Assembly: GCA_017531445.1 (NCBI GenBank)
Contig: JAFXKZ010000001.1
Location: 68,534 to 132,533 of the forward strand
From: Kiritimatiellia bacterium
Lineage (GTDB): Bacteria > Verrucomicrobiota > Kiritimatiellia > RFP12 > DVOR01
Length of the DNA stretch: 64,000 nt
Direction: 5' to 3'
Both the position numbers and the translations under genes were made by a program. Positions 1 to 10,248 of the stretch are shown here, one piece after another. Under the pieces are notes generated by a model. That model was not told the origin of the DNA and searched no databases. It saw only the letters and a list, made by a program, of their open reading frames with translations. Within the stretch, counting starts at the first letter, position 1; each line of letters begins with the position of its first letter.

Positions 1-1
1 C

Positions 2-364
2 CCTGCGCGGGTGTGGGACTGCCTGAAAGCACATTTTGAGCAGCATTGTCCGCGCGGACTAACATTGGAATTGACGGAGGTGACCGGATGTGAACCCGGC
101 TTCCGTCTGCCGATTGACAGTCCGGTGATGCGCATTGCGCACGACCTGTTGAACACCTTTGACCCGCGGGGTGCCGTGCTGACATGGGAGGGAGCTTCAA
201 TTCCGATTGTGGCACGTCTGCGCGATATTACCGGTGCTGCGCCCCTGCTGGTGGGATTCGGTTTGCAGGAAGATCGCATCCATTGCCCCAATGAATCGTA
301 TTCACTGGCGCAATTTACCGATGGTGTCCGCTGGGGGGCTCAAATTTTTTCTGCGCTGGCATGA
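2..364 (+). CDS. M20/M25/M40-family metallopeptidase, C-terminal fragment (5' end outside window)
   Basis: ORF open to the window edge. Tail EGASIPIV...LLVGFGLQEDRIHCPNE matches the conserved C-terminus of M20 dipeptidase/ArgE-DapE-like hydrolases. Stop at 362-364. Confidence 0.6.
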   Translation, partial: PARVWDCLKAHFEQHCPRGLTLELTEVTGCEPGFRLPIDSPVMRIAHDLLNTFDPRGAVLTWEGASIPIVARLRDITGAAPLLVGFGLQEDRIHCPNESYSLAQFTDGVRWGAQIFSALA

Positions 365-370
365 GGTTTG

Positions 371-407
371 AACATGGGCGATCTTGCGGCTGAAGATCGC
401 CCATGTT
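371..407. repeat. REP-like palindrome (AACATGGGCGATCTT / AAGATCGCCCATGTT, 15-bp perfect arms, 7-nt loop)
   Basis: Read directly, immediately after the peptidase stop. Same 11-mer family as at 14360, 35135, 49094, 55446 and 61666. Followed by the direct repeat GCAATCTCGGCGA at 412 and 436. Confidence 0.8.
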
Positions 408-492
408 CCGTTGCAATCTCGGCGACTTTCGAGGGCAATCTCGGCGATGTTGTTTCCGGAAGTCCGCGGCAGGGGAGGGAAAGGGTGCAGAG

Positions 493-1623
493 ATGAACGT
501 TGAGATTCAAGATGTAGGGTATGGCGGCGTGGGTGTAGCGCGCTCGGCAGACGGGGTGATTTTTGTGCCGGGAGCGTTCACAGGGGAACGCGTAGAGGTG
601 GAAATCGTCTCCAAAAAGAAACGGTTTGCGCATGCGCGGCTGCTGAACGTACTTGACGCTTCGCCCCATCGGATTGTTTCGCCCGTGCCGACAGTGCCCG
701 GTATGGTCTATGCAAATTTGGATTACGCTGCGGAAGTGACGTTGAAACAACAGCAGCTGAAGACCCTCTTGCAGCGGATCGGTAAACTGGACGTGCCGGA
801 ACTGAAAGCCCCGGTGGCTTCGCCGCAAGCATTGCATTACCGCAACAAACTGACGCTGCATTGGGATGGCCGCCGTCTCGGATATGTCGGGGAAGATAAT
901 CGCACCCTCGTGGAGACGCCCATGTGTCCGCTTTCGCAACCGTCCATCAATGACTTGCTGAAACAACTGCGAGCCGATCGGCTTGCCCTGCGTAAAGTGC
1001 GCCCGGGAGAACGCGTTTATTTCCGTTATACGCCTCAAGACGGTGTGGTGGTAGGGTTGGGAAAACCGCCACAGGGCACGTTGACAGAGGTGTTTGCCGG
1101 ATTGACGCTCACCGTGGCGGCAGATGCGTTCTTCCAAGTGAATCTCGCCTGTGCCGAGCTTTTGGCGCAGGCCTTTCGCCAAGCGGTGGGAGGAGCGCAG
1201 CGCGTCTTCGATCTTTATTGCGGCACAGGACTTTTCGGTTTTCTGGCGGTACAAGCCGGCGCAAAGGAGATTTTCGGTTTGGAAACTACACCTTCTGCGG
1301 TCGCTTCTGCCAAGCAGAATGCACGGCGAATGGGCGTTAAAGCCGAGTATCGCTGTGCGCCGAGTGAATGTTTGCCCGACCGGTTACCGCGAGCCGAGGC
1401 GTGGATTGTCGATCCGCCGCGCGATGGGCTTTCGGCAGAAGTGCGGCAAAATCTGTTGCAGGCACTGCCCGAGTGCGTCCTTTATATCTCTTGTGCTCCG
1501 GATACGTTGGCACGGGATTTGGCGCAATTGACCACGGCTTATCAGATTGAATCCATGCAGCTTTTCGATTTCTTCCCGCGCACTGCGCACTTTGAAACGC
1601 TTACGGTGCTGAAGCGGCTTTGA
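493..1623 (+). CDS. TRAM-domain SAM-dependent RNA (uracil-5)-methyltransferase, RlmD/TrmA family
   Basis: N-terminal TRAM-like VEIQDVGYGGVGVAR...GERVEVEIV, FFQVN, SAM motif DLYCGTGLFG, VDPPRDG, YISCAPDTLARD. Start moved to ATG 493 (GGGAGGGAAAGGG upstream) because ATG 403 lies inside the REP hairpin. Confidence 0.8.
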   Translation: MNVEIQDVGYGGVGVARSADGVIFVPGAFTGERVEVEIVSKKKRFAHARLLNVLDASPHRIVSPVPTVPGMVYANLDYAAEVTLKQQQLKTLLQRIGKLDVPELKAPVASPQALHYRNKLTLHWDGRRLGYVGEDNRTLVETPMCPLSQPSINDLLKQLRADRLALRKVRPGERVYFRYTPQDGVVVGLGKPPQGTLTEVFAGLTLTVAADAFFQVNLACAELLAQAFRQAVGGAQRVFDLYCGTGLFGFLAVQAGAKEIFGLETTPSAVASAKQNARRMGVKAEYRCAPSECLPDRLPRAEAWIVDPPRDGLSAEVRQNLLQALPECVLYISCAPDTLARDLAQLTTAYQIESMQLFDFFPRTAHFETLTVLKRL

Positions 1624-2353
1624 GCTGACGCAATTTGATTTTCGCTGCCGCCAGTTTCTTTTTCAACTGTTGATAATCCAGATTTTGCGTGAGGAGAATC
1701 TCCTCATAGCCCGCGTGTCGCTTTAAGAGATGCCGCGCGATTCGATCGGCTGTGCCCCAGGCAACGACCGTTTCGGGGAGATAGTTGTTGCGGTAGAAAA
1801 GCGTACCTGCATGGTCAAGCGCGATGATAGAAGTGATCGACTCGGCGGGAGAAGCTAAGGATTGCGGATTCGGATGGAGGCTTTCCAAAAGCGGTAGAAT
1901 GGTTTGCAGCGCATCGGCAGGCAGTCCTTGGCGGAGCAGAATCATTGCATACGTATCAAGCGAATAAGGCGAATGGTGCTTGATTTTCCGGATTAACTGC
2001 AGGGCGCGTTCATTATTCTCGCCGGAGAGATGATAGGCCCATGCGCACTGGTTGTAGAAGGGATCAATGCCGGGAAACAATGCCAGTGTGCGCTCAATAG
2101 CGGTCGGAGCAAGGCACTTTTTGCCGAAATGAACGTGCATGGCGTTGAGCACAATCTCCAGTACTGCCTCCAGCTGCTGATGTTTATCAAAGAGCATTGC
2201 CCAGGCGGCAGACTGCTCCAACGTAAGCGGTGCCGCTTTTTTCGAGATGGAAAGGGCGTTGTGCAGAATCCACAACGTTTCTGCCTGCAGGCGGGAGCAC
2301 GTAGCACATAGGAGCACGAGCGAGAGGAAAAGACGGTTTAATCTTCTGACCAT
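1601..2353 (-). CDS. hypothetical secreted helical-repeat (TPR-like) protein
   Basis: Internal Met gives the signal-peptide-like MVRRLNRLFLSLVLLCATCSRLQA. No recognisable catalytic motif. Its 3' end overlaps the convergent methyltransferase by 23 nt. Confidence 0.45.
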   Translation of the reverse strand: MVRRLNRLFLSLVLLCATCSRLQAETLWILHNALSISKKAAPLTLEQSAAWAMLFDKHQQLEAVLEIVLNAMHVHFGKKCLAPTAIERTLALFPGIDPFYNQCAWAYHLSGENNERALQLIRKIKHHSPYSLDTYAMILLRQGLPADALQTILPLLESLHPNPQSLASPAESITSIIALDHAGTLFYRNNYLPETVVAWGTADRIARHLLKRHAGYEEILLTQNLDYQQLKKKLAAAKIKLRQLKAASAP

Positions 2354-2892
2354 GGTGTGATTTCTTGAAGGTAAGGATGGTGCAAATCTTTTTCCGAAAG
2401 GATGGGAGAGGTGTTCAAAACAGGCCAATCAATCGCCAATTCCGGGTCGTCAAACCGCAGACCGCGTTCGGCTTGCGGACAATAAAAGTTGTCGCATTTA
2501 TAGGCAAAACGCGTGTAATCTTCCAGGACGGCAAAGCCGTGTGCGAAGCCGCGTGGGATGAACAGTTGCCGGGCATTCTCCGCAGTCAGCAGCGCGGTAA
2601 CGTATTTCCCAAATGTCGGTGAGCCCTTTCGGATATCCACTGCTACGTCCCAGACAGCACCGCAGATCACGCGGATCAACTTCGCTTGTGCGTGATTTCC
2701 GGCTTGCCAATGGAGCCCCCGGATAACGCCTTTCATGGAGCAGCTTTCATTGTCTTGCACAAAGACCGCGTCAATTCCCGCGCGGTTGAATGCTGAAGCG
2801 TTGTAGGTTTCGCAGAAAGTTCCCCGCGCATCCCTGAAGATTTCGGGCGTAATCAGTTTCACTTCCGGGAGAGCTGTCGGTGTAATTGTCAT
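2338..2892 (-). CDS. rmlC: dTDP-4-dehydrorhamnose 3,5-epimerase
   Basis: 184 aa with typical RmlC cupin sequence (FRDARGTFCETY, GVIRGLHWQ, KLIRVICGAVWDVAVDIRKGSPTFG, FIPRGFAHGF). Confidence 0.9.
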   Translation of the reverse strand: MTITPTALPEVKLITPEIFRDARGTFCETYNASAFNRAGIDAVFVQDNESCSMKGVIRGLHWQAGNHAQAKLIRVICGAVWDVAVDIRKGSPTFGKYVTALLTAENARQLFIPRGFAHGFAVLEDYTRFAYKCDNFYCPQAERGLRFDDPELAIDWPVLNTSPILSEKDLHHPYLQEITPWSED

Positions 2893-2915
2893 GATATCGT
2901 GCAGCCGTTGGCGGC

Positions 2916-3791
2916 TTAATGCGTGTGATTGGCGATGTCGAAGAGATAGTCACCATAGGCGGATTTACGTACAGTTTCGGCGGCGGCGAGCATTTCTTCG
3001 CGTGTAATGAAGCCCATACGCCAGGCGATTTCTTCAATACAGGCGATCTTTAATCCCTGGCGATCCTGGATAGTTTTGACGTAATTTGCCGCGTCCTGCA
3101 ACGCGTCATGGGTGCCGGTGTCGAGCCAGGCGAAGCCGCGTCCGAGCAATTGGACGTTGAGTTTCCCCTGCTCAAGGTAGCGTTGATTGACATCGGTAAT
3201 CTCGTATTCGCCACGCGCCGAAGGCGTCAGCGAGGAGGCGATTTGCACAACATCGTTGTCGTAGAAGTACAATCCTGTGACGGCGTAATTGCTTTTGGGC
3301 TGTTGCGGTTTCTCGATAATGGAGATGGCTTTTCCGGAGGTGTCGAATTCCACAACGCCGAAGCGTTCGGGGTCACGCACGTAGTAGCCGAAGACGGTCG
3401 CGCCGGAACTCTCCGAAGCTGCCCGGAGCATCTTGCTGAAGCCTTGCCCATAAAAGATGTTGTCGCCGAGGATAAGGCAGACGGGGTCGCTGCCGATAAA
3501 CTCTTTTCCCAGAACGAATGCTTGTGCCAATCCGTTGGGCTGTGCCTGCACTTTGTAGCTGAGTGTCAGTCCCCATCGGCGGCCATCGCCGAGCAGTTGC
3601 TTGAAAAGCGGTGTGGCCTCCGGCGTGGAGATAATCAGAATCTCCCGAATGCCGGCGAGCATCAGCGTGGAGAGCGGGTAATAAATCATCGGTTTGTCGT
3701 AAACAGGCAGGAGCTGTTTGCAGACGACCGAGGTGGCGGGATAGAGCCGGGTGCCGGCTCCTCCGGCGAGGATGATTCCTTTACGTGGCAT
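2916..3791 (-). CDS. rmlA: glucose-1-phosphate thymidylyltransferase
   Basis: 291 aa. N-terminal [17 protein letters not shown], then [26 protein letters not shown] and [10 protein letters not shown]. Confidence 0.92.
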   Translation of the reverse strand: MPRKGIILAGGAGTRLYPATSVVCKQLLPVYDKPMIYYPLSTLMLAGIREILIISTPEATPLFKQLLGDGRRWGLTLSYKVQAQPNGLAQAFVLGKEFIGSDPVCLILGDNIFYGQGFSKMLRAASESSGATVFGYYVRDPERFGVVEFDTSGKAISIIEKPQQPKSNYAVTGLYFYDNDVVQIASSLTPSARGEYEITDVNQRYLEQGKLNVQLLGRGFAWLDTGTHDALQDAANYVKTIQDRQGLKIACIEEIAWRMGFITREEMLAAAETVRKSAYGDYLFDIANHTH

Positions 3792-3803
3792 CGGGGATCG
3801 CTT

Positions 3804-5492
3804 TCATGCTTGTGCCGACGGGGCGGTTTTTGGGAGGACAGTGCGCCTGGGGACGAAGCCTTCTGCACAGACAAAGAGCAGCCCGTAGAGCATCATGCAG
3901 GCCGGGCTCCGGAAGACTAGATCGATGAAGCTGTGGGCGGCGATCAGGGTGGTAGCGGCGAGTGCGAAGATGCAGTAGGCGCAGATGCGATTGAACCAGA
4001 TGCGGTCGGCTACGGCATCATTCTGCGGGACGGAGGGACTGCGCAGGAGGGTTTTGAAGAAGGGCAGCACAAGTGCAGCGATACATCCGAGCATCAGGCC
4101 GAATCCGACCCATCCGTGCTCGGCAAGAAATTGGAGCGTATCGTTGTGAACATTGGCCTGTCCGGAGACCTTTCGATTGCGCAACCATTCGCGCTCTTCG
4201 GGCAATTCGGTGTTGATATAGTTGATGTTGAGCCAACGGAAACTCCACGCTCCTGAGCCGAAGAGCGGGTAGTCTTCCAATTGCCGTAAGGCGAGGATGC
4301 CCTGATAGCCTGAGCGCATCAACATGGGATGCCGGATAAAGTGTGCCCAATCCGTCTCGCCGATTTCTTTCAATACCGCATCTACTGCCGGGATGGCGCG
4401 ATACGTGGGCATGGCAAAGGCCGCGGCGTGGGCTTCCGGTGTCGTGGCAGAAGCGATGGCCGCTGCGCGGCGTTCATTGGCAGAAACGGCATAAATGCGG
4501 AAGGCTGCCGAGCCGATGACGATTGCCGCGAGCGTGAAGAGCAGTGCCGGAAGTGCCACGCGCAACCGCATGGACATCGATTCAAAGTAGCGCAAAGGAA
4601 TGTAGAGCGCGGCGAAACCGATGATTGCGAGTGTGAAGAGCACCCCGGCGCGTGAACCGGAAAGGATGGCTGAAACAGCGCAAAGAATGAAGGTGCCGAT
4701 ATAGAGCACCGCCGGCATACGGGAGTGTTCACGGTGTTCGATTTTCCACAGCAGCATCCCCAGAGCCAATGCCATCACGGCCGGGAAGAAACAGGCGGCA
4801 TGATTGGGATATCCGAATGTGGCAAAGAAGAAGGCATGGCTTTCCATCCCCCAATAGAGGAAGGTGCCACCAACCAGATATTGGAAGATGCCGGCAACGG
4901 CGAGCACCGAGGTCATTGCGCAGATGAATGCACAGAGCATCCGTTTGGAATGGCGCAATGTCGCATGGCGCATTGCCAGAAGTGCCGTCAAGACCGGTGC
5001 GAACCATGCCAGCACGGTTACCGCTTCATCTGCGCGGAGGGCATGGGGAAGCCACGGCACCGGAAGCGAATCGGGCAGACGCAGATAGGTGGTTTGCCGG
5101 GGATTGGCGGGCGTACGTTCAAGCAGTGCTGCCGTATCCGGATGGCGCAACCATTCAAACGCAGGCGAGACCACCTCCCATGCCTGTTTGGCAGGATCCC
5201 ATTCCAAAAACGTGTAAGCATTGAGCCATTGAACCGTCAGAAAGGCGACCAGCGCGAGTGACAACCATGTGAGCGGATCGCGCAGAAGACTTTTCCATAC
5301 GCGTGTGCGCGCTTCGAGAAGCGATTCGGTGCGGCGTTGTTCCGGCAACAGAATCATCACTTCAATGAGCAGCAACGTCACCCATGGCACCCACGGTGCG
5401 AGCCAACGCGGCACGATACCGCCGCCCAGCCAGGTGAATAAGGTAAACATAAGCGCAACGAGCGCAACGACAATGTGGCGAACGATTCCCAT
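3804..5492 (-). CDS. O-antigen ligase/polymerase-like (Wzy_C family) polytopic membrane protein
   Basis: Multiple TM helices, SGSRAGVLF loop, C-terminal HNDTLQFLAEHGWVGFGLML. Start set at internal MGIVRHIVVAL (ATG ending at 5492), since the upstream ORF extension is basic and low-complexity. Confidence 0.7.
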   Translation of the reverse strand: MGIVRHIVVALVALMFTLFTWLGGGIVPRWLAPWVPWVTLLLIEVMILLPEQRRTESLLEARTRVWKSLLRDPLTWLSLALVAFLTVQWLNAYTFLEWDPAKQAWEVVSPAFEWLRHPDTAALLERTPANPRQTTYLRLPDSLPVPWLPHALRADEAVTVLAWFAPVLTALLAMRHATLRHSKRMLCAFICAMTSVLAVAGIFQYLVGGTFLYWGMESHAFFFATFGYPNHAACFFPAVMALALGMLLWKIEHREHSRMPAVLYIGTFILCAVSAILSGSRAGVLFTLAIIGFAALYIPLRYFESMSMRLRVALPALLFTLAAIVIGSAAFRIYAVSANERRAAAIASATTPEAHAAAFAMPTYRAIPAVDAVLKEIGETDWAHFIRHPMLMRSGYQGILALRQLEDYPLFGSGAWSFRWLNINYINTELPEEREWLRNRKVSGQANVHNDTLQFLAEHGWVGFGLMLGCIAALVLPFFKTLLRSPSVPQNDAVADRIWFNRICAYCIFALAATTLIAAHSFIDLVFRSPACMMLYGLLFVCAEGFVPRRTVLPKTAPSAQA

Positions 5493-5911
5493 AACAGGAA
5501 ACAGTCTACCATATTTTACCCCGAAAAGTGCGTGTTTATGCCGGGAAATCCGCAGGAGGCGCACGGCTTTCTGCCCAGCGCGGCAGAGGCCTCCGCGGCT
5601 GCGTGTATTGAGGTGCCGCCGCTGCGGGAAAAAGACCCGCCCGGAGTTGTTTTTCACTTTCGGCGACATTGCGGGGCGGTATCGCCGAAGTGGCACCCCC
5701 AATCCGCCCGGGATTGCTTCCGTGTTTGGGCGATGTTGAAATGCGTTGCCGGGAAGGCGTTTACGCGCACGCTGTGCTTCTTGCGTGCAGGGTTGACTTT
5801 ACCGTCCGTTTTTACGCGCTGAGCGCACTTGAGGCCCGGGCTTCCATACTTTGGCATCTGCTGTTGAGAAGGCTTTATTATGCTATACTTTCCCTATCGG
5901 GATTGATTTTT

Positions 5912-7198
5912 ATGAAACAACGTCCGGTTTATCTTGTCATTACACCTTATTTTCCATCGCCGTCTTCATGGCGGTGTGCGTTTGTCTATGATCAGGTGCG
6001 CGCGCTTCAGAGAGTTGGAACACGCTACGATGTCCGCGTAGTGAATACGGAAGTGGCGGAGGATTATACCTATGGCGGCGTGCAGGTGATTGCCTGTCCG
6101 CGTCTGCGCCGCGGAGCGGGACTTTGGCCGTGGTATTATGAACAGCGCAACGGACGCAAACTGCTCCGGACGCTTGAAGCGCATCAGATTGATGTGCAGA
6201 CAATCGCAGTAGTGCATACGCATCAAATCCAGACCGTGTGCTTTGCCAATTTCCTCAAACGCGTGAATCCTGCGTTGATGGCCATGGCACAATTTCATGA
6301 TGCCGATCCTTATGCGATGCTGATTTGCGCACGGGGGGATTGGTTCGGGGTGAAGCGGCGGCTCTATTTCCGCTATTACCGCCGCGCAACGGAGCGATTG
6401 GATCGTTGTATTGCCGTGAGTGAGAAGGTAAAAGCGATGCTTGAAACCTTTCCGCAACATCGGGTTTACGGGCACTATGCACCGATGTGCCGCGTGGCGG
6501 CGCGGCTTTCAAATTGCCGCCCGGCACGGCTTCGTGCGGTGGAGGTCCTTTACAACGGCGTTGATGTTGCGCAGTTCCACGCCGATGCGGCTGTGGCGGC
6601 GTCTCCCCGAAAGGCGCACACCCCATTTTGTATCGGCACCATCGGTAATTTCGTTCCCGCAAAGGATTTTCTTGCGCTTTTCCGCGCCTTGCAGTTGCTT
6701 CGCGACCGTCTTGGTGCATGGGAGCTGCACGTTATCGGGAGCGGAGAGACCTTGCCCGAGTGCCGACGTTTCCTTGCCGAGAACGGATTGGAGCAGCAGG
6801 TTCACTTTTTCCCCGAGCGTGCGCACGAGGCGTTGCCGGCATTCTACCATACGCTCGACCTCTTTGTACTGCCTTCGGCTTTTGAAGGGTTCGGGTGTGT
6901 TTTGGCAGAGGCCGCAGCGTGCGGGGTGCCGTTTGTTGCCTGCCATGGACAAGGTTTTGAAGAGGTTGTTCATTCAATCGATCATGCGGAAGGTAAAACT
7001 GCTCTGGCAGAGACTGCGCTTTGCCCCCCCCACGCGCCGGAACTTCTGGCAGAACGGCTCCTTTATGCCTATGAACATTTTGCAGAGGTGCGCGCCGAGG
7101 GAGAAGCCTTTGGGCGCAAGTTGCGGAGGGAGCTTGACATTGAAGTGCTGGTGGGTCGGTTCCTCACAACGTTGCCTTCGCCGCCAGACGGTGATTGA
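5912..7198 (+). CDS. glycosyltransferase family 4 (GT-B)
   Basis: MKQRPVYLVITPYFPS start. C-terminal GT1/GT4 signature FVLPSAFEGFGCVLAEAAACGVPFVA. TGcTATACT extended -10 at 5881-5889. Confidence 0.8.
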   Translation: MKQRPVYLVITPYFPSPSSWRCAFVYDQVRALQRVGTRYDVRVVNTEVAEDYTYGGVQVIACPRLRRGAGLWPWYYEQRNGRKLLRTLEAHQIDVQTIAVVHTHQIQTVCFANFLKRVNPALMAMAQFHDADPYAMLICARGDWFGVKRRLYFRYYRRATERLDRCIAVSEKVKAMLETFPQHRVYGHYAPMCRVAARLSNCRPARLRAVEVLYNGVDVAQFHADAAVAASPRKAHTPFCIGTIGNFVPAKDFLALFRALQLLRDRLGAWELHVIGSGETLPECRRFLAENGLEQQVHFFPERAHEALPAFYHTLDLFVLPSAFEGFGCVLAEAAACGVPFVACHGQGFEEVVHSIDHAEGKTALAETALCPPHAPELLAERLLYAYEHFAEVRAEGEAFGRKLRRELDIEVLVGRFLTTLPSPPDGD

Positions 7199-7311
7199 AG
7201 GGAGCGCATCAACGGATGGAACAGGCGGGGTGTCGCCCCGAAGCGACACTTCAAAGTGCGTAAAGGAGTGCCTGTTTCGGGCAGAACGGGCGTTGCAAGC
7301 CTTACGCCCAC

Positions 7312-8448
7312 GTGAGGCAGTCGAGTTATGATATTATTCTAACAAGCGTTATGTCACTTGCCGGAATGCAGCATCAAGGAGTCTACCCCGGGGAAATGGT
7401 TTCACCATTTTTCTCCATCATCATTCCCGTTTACAATGTCGCGCCCTATCTCCGTGCGTGTTTGGACTCGATGGTGGCGCAAACTTTCAGCGGGTGGGAA
7501 TGCCTGTGCGTTGATGATGGCTCAACGGATGATTCGGGGAAAATACTGGAAGAATACGCGCAACAGGATGCACGTTTCCGGGTGTTTCATCAGCAAAATG
7601 CCGGTGTTTCTGCCGCACGGAACCGGGCATTGGCGGCGGCAAAAGGCGCGTTTATCGGTTTTGCCGATGGGGATGACTGCTTGCGGGCGTCATGGCTTTC
7701 CACGGCGTATCACGCGCTTGCGGCTGCACCATCGGCAGATCTACTGCGTACGCGCCTTCAGCGGATTTCCGCAGAGAATACCAAGCCTGTGCTTACGGAA
7801 ACGGAAACAGGCGCAGTGACACATTTCGTACAGCCGGCAGACTGCCGTGCGTTTCTCTTGAGCGAGGCGGGATGCGTAGGGATCTATTTGTCGCTGATCC
7901 GGGCTGAAATTGCAAAAAGATGCCGTTTCAATGAGACCTTACGGATTGGCGAAGATGGTCTTTATGCCTGTCAGACGGGATTTTATGTAAAGGAACTGCT
8001 GGCGATAGACTTCGTCAGTTACTTCTACCGTTCGCGCCCGCAGGCTGCGACTGCTGTGCCCCGCCGATTTGAAGATGCGCTTGAGTTCCTGTCGTGTCTG
8101 CTTGCTTGCTTTGAAGCGCACCGCACGGAACTCTTTGAAACGGCGGCGGTCAAATGTGCAGCAGTGCGGCTCTTTTCACGATTTGTTGAGTGGGAGATGG
8201 TCGCGTGGTTTGCCTATGCCGCCGCTTCGCGCAGCCGTTCGGCAAAGGTTCATCGCAGGCTGTTGAGGCAAATCCACAAGCGCGGATATCTTTCGTTTTC
8301 CGCGCTGACGGGACGTTGGCGATGGCCGATGCGATTCTTTTTATGCGGCGCGACTGCAGGGGTTTTCCGATGGAATGCTACGCTGATCAGCAGCGCATGG
8401 CAAATGAAACAGCAGGTTCAACGATGGCGGAAGACATCCCGAAAGTGA
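7312..8448 (+). CDS. glycosyltransferase family 2
   Basis: FFSIIIPVYNVAPYLRACLDSMVAQTF...CVDDGSTDDSG...NAGVSAARN...DGDD. The start is uncertain, with alternative Mets at 7351, 7366 and 7396. Confidence 0.8.
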   Translation: MRQSSYDIILTSVMSLAGMQHQGVYPGEMVSPFFSIIIPVYNVAPYLRACLDSMVAQTFSGWECLCVDDGSTDDSGKILEEYAQQDARFRVFHQQNAGVSAARNRALAAAKGAFIGFADGDDCLRASWLSTAYHALAAAPSADLLRTRLQRISAENTKPVLTETETGAVTHFVQPADCRAFLLSEAGCVGIYLSLIRAEIAKRCRFNETLRIGEDGLYACQTGFYVKELLAIDFVSYFYRSRPQAATAVPRRFEDALEFLSCLLACFEAHRTELFETAAVKCAAVRLFSRFVEWEMVAWFAYAAASRSRSAKVHRRLLRQIHKRGYLSFSALTGRWRWPMRFFLCGATAGVFRWNATLISSAWQMKQQVQRWRKTSRK

Positions 8449-9212
8449 TTCATTACTGTTGGTTCGGAATGAAGCCTAAGCCGGCACTTGTTCGGCGTTG
8501 CATCGCTTCGTGGCGGAAGTATTTTCCGGATTACGAGATTCACGAGTGGAATGAAGCCAATTTTGACGTCAATGCAATTCGCTACACCCGTGAAGCCTAT
8601 GCACAGAAGAAATATGCCTTCGTCTCCGACTACGCCCGGTTTAAGATTCTTGAAGCGCATGGCGGTCTCTACCTCGATACCGATGTGGAAGTGATTGCTC
8701 CGTGGGATGAGATTCTTGCGCGAGGGGCTTTCATGGGGGCAGAGCAGGACCCTCTCGATGGAGATTTTACGGTATGGCAGGTCAATCCGGGGCTTGGTTT
8801 CGCGGTGGCTCCCGGAAATGCCTTTTGCAAAGCGATGATTGCCGCTTACCAAACGCGTGCGTTTCTTCTGGAAGAGGGGGCTTGTGACCTTACGACCGTG
8901 GTTGAAACCGTCACGCAAGCGTTGCTCGCACATGGGGTTGAAACAGGCGCATCGGTGATTCACGCTGCCGGGTTGCGGATCTATCCTGCGGCATATTTCA
9001 ATCCGAAGCCGCATCATGGGCGTTTGGTGCTCGCACCGGAAACCCGAGCCATTCACCATTTTGCCGATTCATGGCACAGTCCCAGGACGAAAGCCATTCA
9101 GTGGACAAAGCGGCATTTCGGGGTTCCTCTGGCTTGTATACTTGCGCTTCTTCTGCGCAATCCGCTCAAGATTCCTTCACGCATCTTCCGTTTTCTGCAA
9201 GAGGGAAAATGA
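8424..9212 (+). CDS. DXD-motif glycosyltransferase (OCH1/Gly_transf_sug-like)
   Basis: IPKVIHYCWFG...YAFVSDYARFKILEAHGGLYLDTDVEV. Start ATG 8424 overlaps the end of the upstream GT2 gene by 25 nt. Confidence 0.7.
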   Translation: MAEDIPKVIHYCWFGMKPKPALVRRCIASWRKYFPDYEIHEWNEANFDVNAIRYTREAYAQKKYAFVSDYARFKILEAHGGLYLDTDVEVIAPWDEILARGAFMGAEQDPLDGDFTVWQVNPGLGFAVAPGNAFCKAMIAAYQTRAFLLEEGACDLTTVVETVTQALLAHGVETGASVIHAAGLRIYPAAYFNPKPHHGRLVLAPETRAIHHFADSWHSPRTKAIQWTKRHFGVPLACILALLLRNPLKIPSRIFRFLQEGK

Positions 9213-9925
9213 TGAAAACCTTTGTGGTAAATCTCGATTGTCATCCCGAACGCCTAGCACATATTGTGGGACAATGCGCACAACGGGGGCTTACTTTTGA
9301 ACGTATTCCGGCTGTCCATGGCGCAAGTCTTTCACGAACGGCACGAAGGCGCGCCTTTGCAGCTTTCCGTTCGTGGTGTGCCTTGGGGCGGCGTCTGACA
9401 CCGGGAGAAATCGGTTGCGCGCTCTCACATTGTGCAATTTACCGGAGAATGGTCGAGGAAAAGATCCCGGCAGCACTCGTTTTTGAAGATGATGTTATCA
9501 TTGCACCGGCTATCCATGAACGTCTCAAAGACGTGGAAGCCTTTCTGAAGCTTGACCGGCCGCAGGTGGTACTTCTCTCCGCGATCTTCTTTGATGGCGG
9601 AGAGAAGCGCGGTATTCTCAGAAACCGGGATGCGGCATGGGGAACAACGGGTTATGTCATTACGCTTCCGGCAGCAAAACGAATTGCCGATGCCAATACG
9701 CCCGTAGTGGCAGAAGCTGATGCCTGGAAACGTTGGATGCGTCATTGCGGCGTGGAAGTGTATACGTGTTGGCCGGCCGTTGTCTGTCAGGAGGATGCTT
9801 TTGGGACAGCGGTCAATACTGTTCCGCGTAAACGCTTCACCGGATGGAGCAAATGGTGCCATCGAGCCTTGCGCATCCCCCAGCTCCTCGTGGATTGGTG
9901 CTTCTGGATACTGCTCGGGAAATGA
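9209..9925 (+). CDS. glycosyltransferase family 25 (LPS/LOS biosynthesis type)
   Basis: MMKTFVVNLDCHPERL...GEIGCALSHCAIYRRMVEE...ALVFEDDV. ATGA overlap with the preceding stop. Confidence 0.75.
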   Translation: MMKTFVVNLDCHPERLAHIVGQCAQRGLTFERIPAVHGASLSRTARRRAFAAFRSWCALGRRLTPGEIGCALSHCAIYRRMVEEKIPAALVFEDDVIIAPAIHERLKDVEAFLKLDRPQVVLLSAIFFDGGEKRGILRNRDAAWGTTGYVITLPAAKRIADANTPVVAEADAWKRWMRHCGVEVYTCWPAVVCQEDAFGTAVNTVPRKRFTGWSKWCHRALRIPQLLVDWCFWILLGK

Positions 9926-9948
9926 GCCTGCAACCCTTCATTCCCGGC

Positions 9949-10248
9949 ATGACAAAAAAGAAATTCGGAGCATTCTTTTTACAAAATGAACGCTTGGTGA
10001 ATCTTCCTGCCGATATTTCTCCGGACGAAGATCCTTTCACGCAATCGTTTCAGACGTTTAATTGTGTCCATTGGAATGCGGAACTGCAAGCACTGTTCGG
10101 TGCATTCTCAAATTCTGTTTTGGAGTTCTTGCAGGTTTCTGCTGATGCGCTCTTAGAATCACTTTTGTGGTGTGGAGAAGGAAAAACGTTGAAATTTTCA
10201 TTCGACAAGGTGAAATTCTTGGTGGAACTTCGGCTTTTTATAGAGTAA
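9949..10248 (+). CDS. hypothetical small protein (99 aa) in AT-richer islet
   Basis: ORF only (MTKKKFGAFFLQNERLVNLP...), no recognisable motif. It overlaps a convergent 72-aa ORF (10198-10416). Confidence 0.25.
   Translation: MTKKKFGAFFLQNERLVNLPADISPDEDPFTQSFQTFNCVHWNAELQALFGAFSNSVLEFLQVSADALLESLLWCGEGKTLKFSFDKVKFLVELRLFIE

Noticed and set aside
403-7198. Long N-terminal extensions suggested by the ORF track (for example 403, 2428, 5702, 5669; likewise 14676, 18292, 22734, 32996, 47954 and 49601 elsewhere)
   Set aside because: In each case an internal Met gives the family-typical N-terminus, a plausible RBS or coupling to the upstream stop. The extension either overlaps a neighbouring gene or repeat, or is basic low-complexity sequence.
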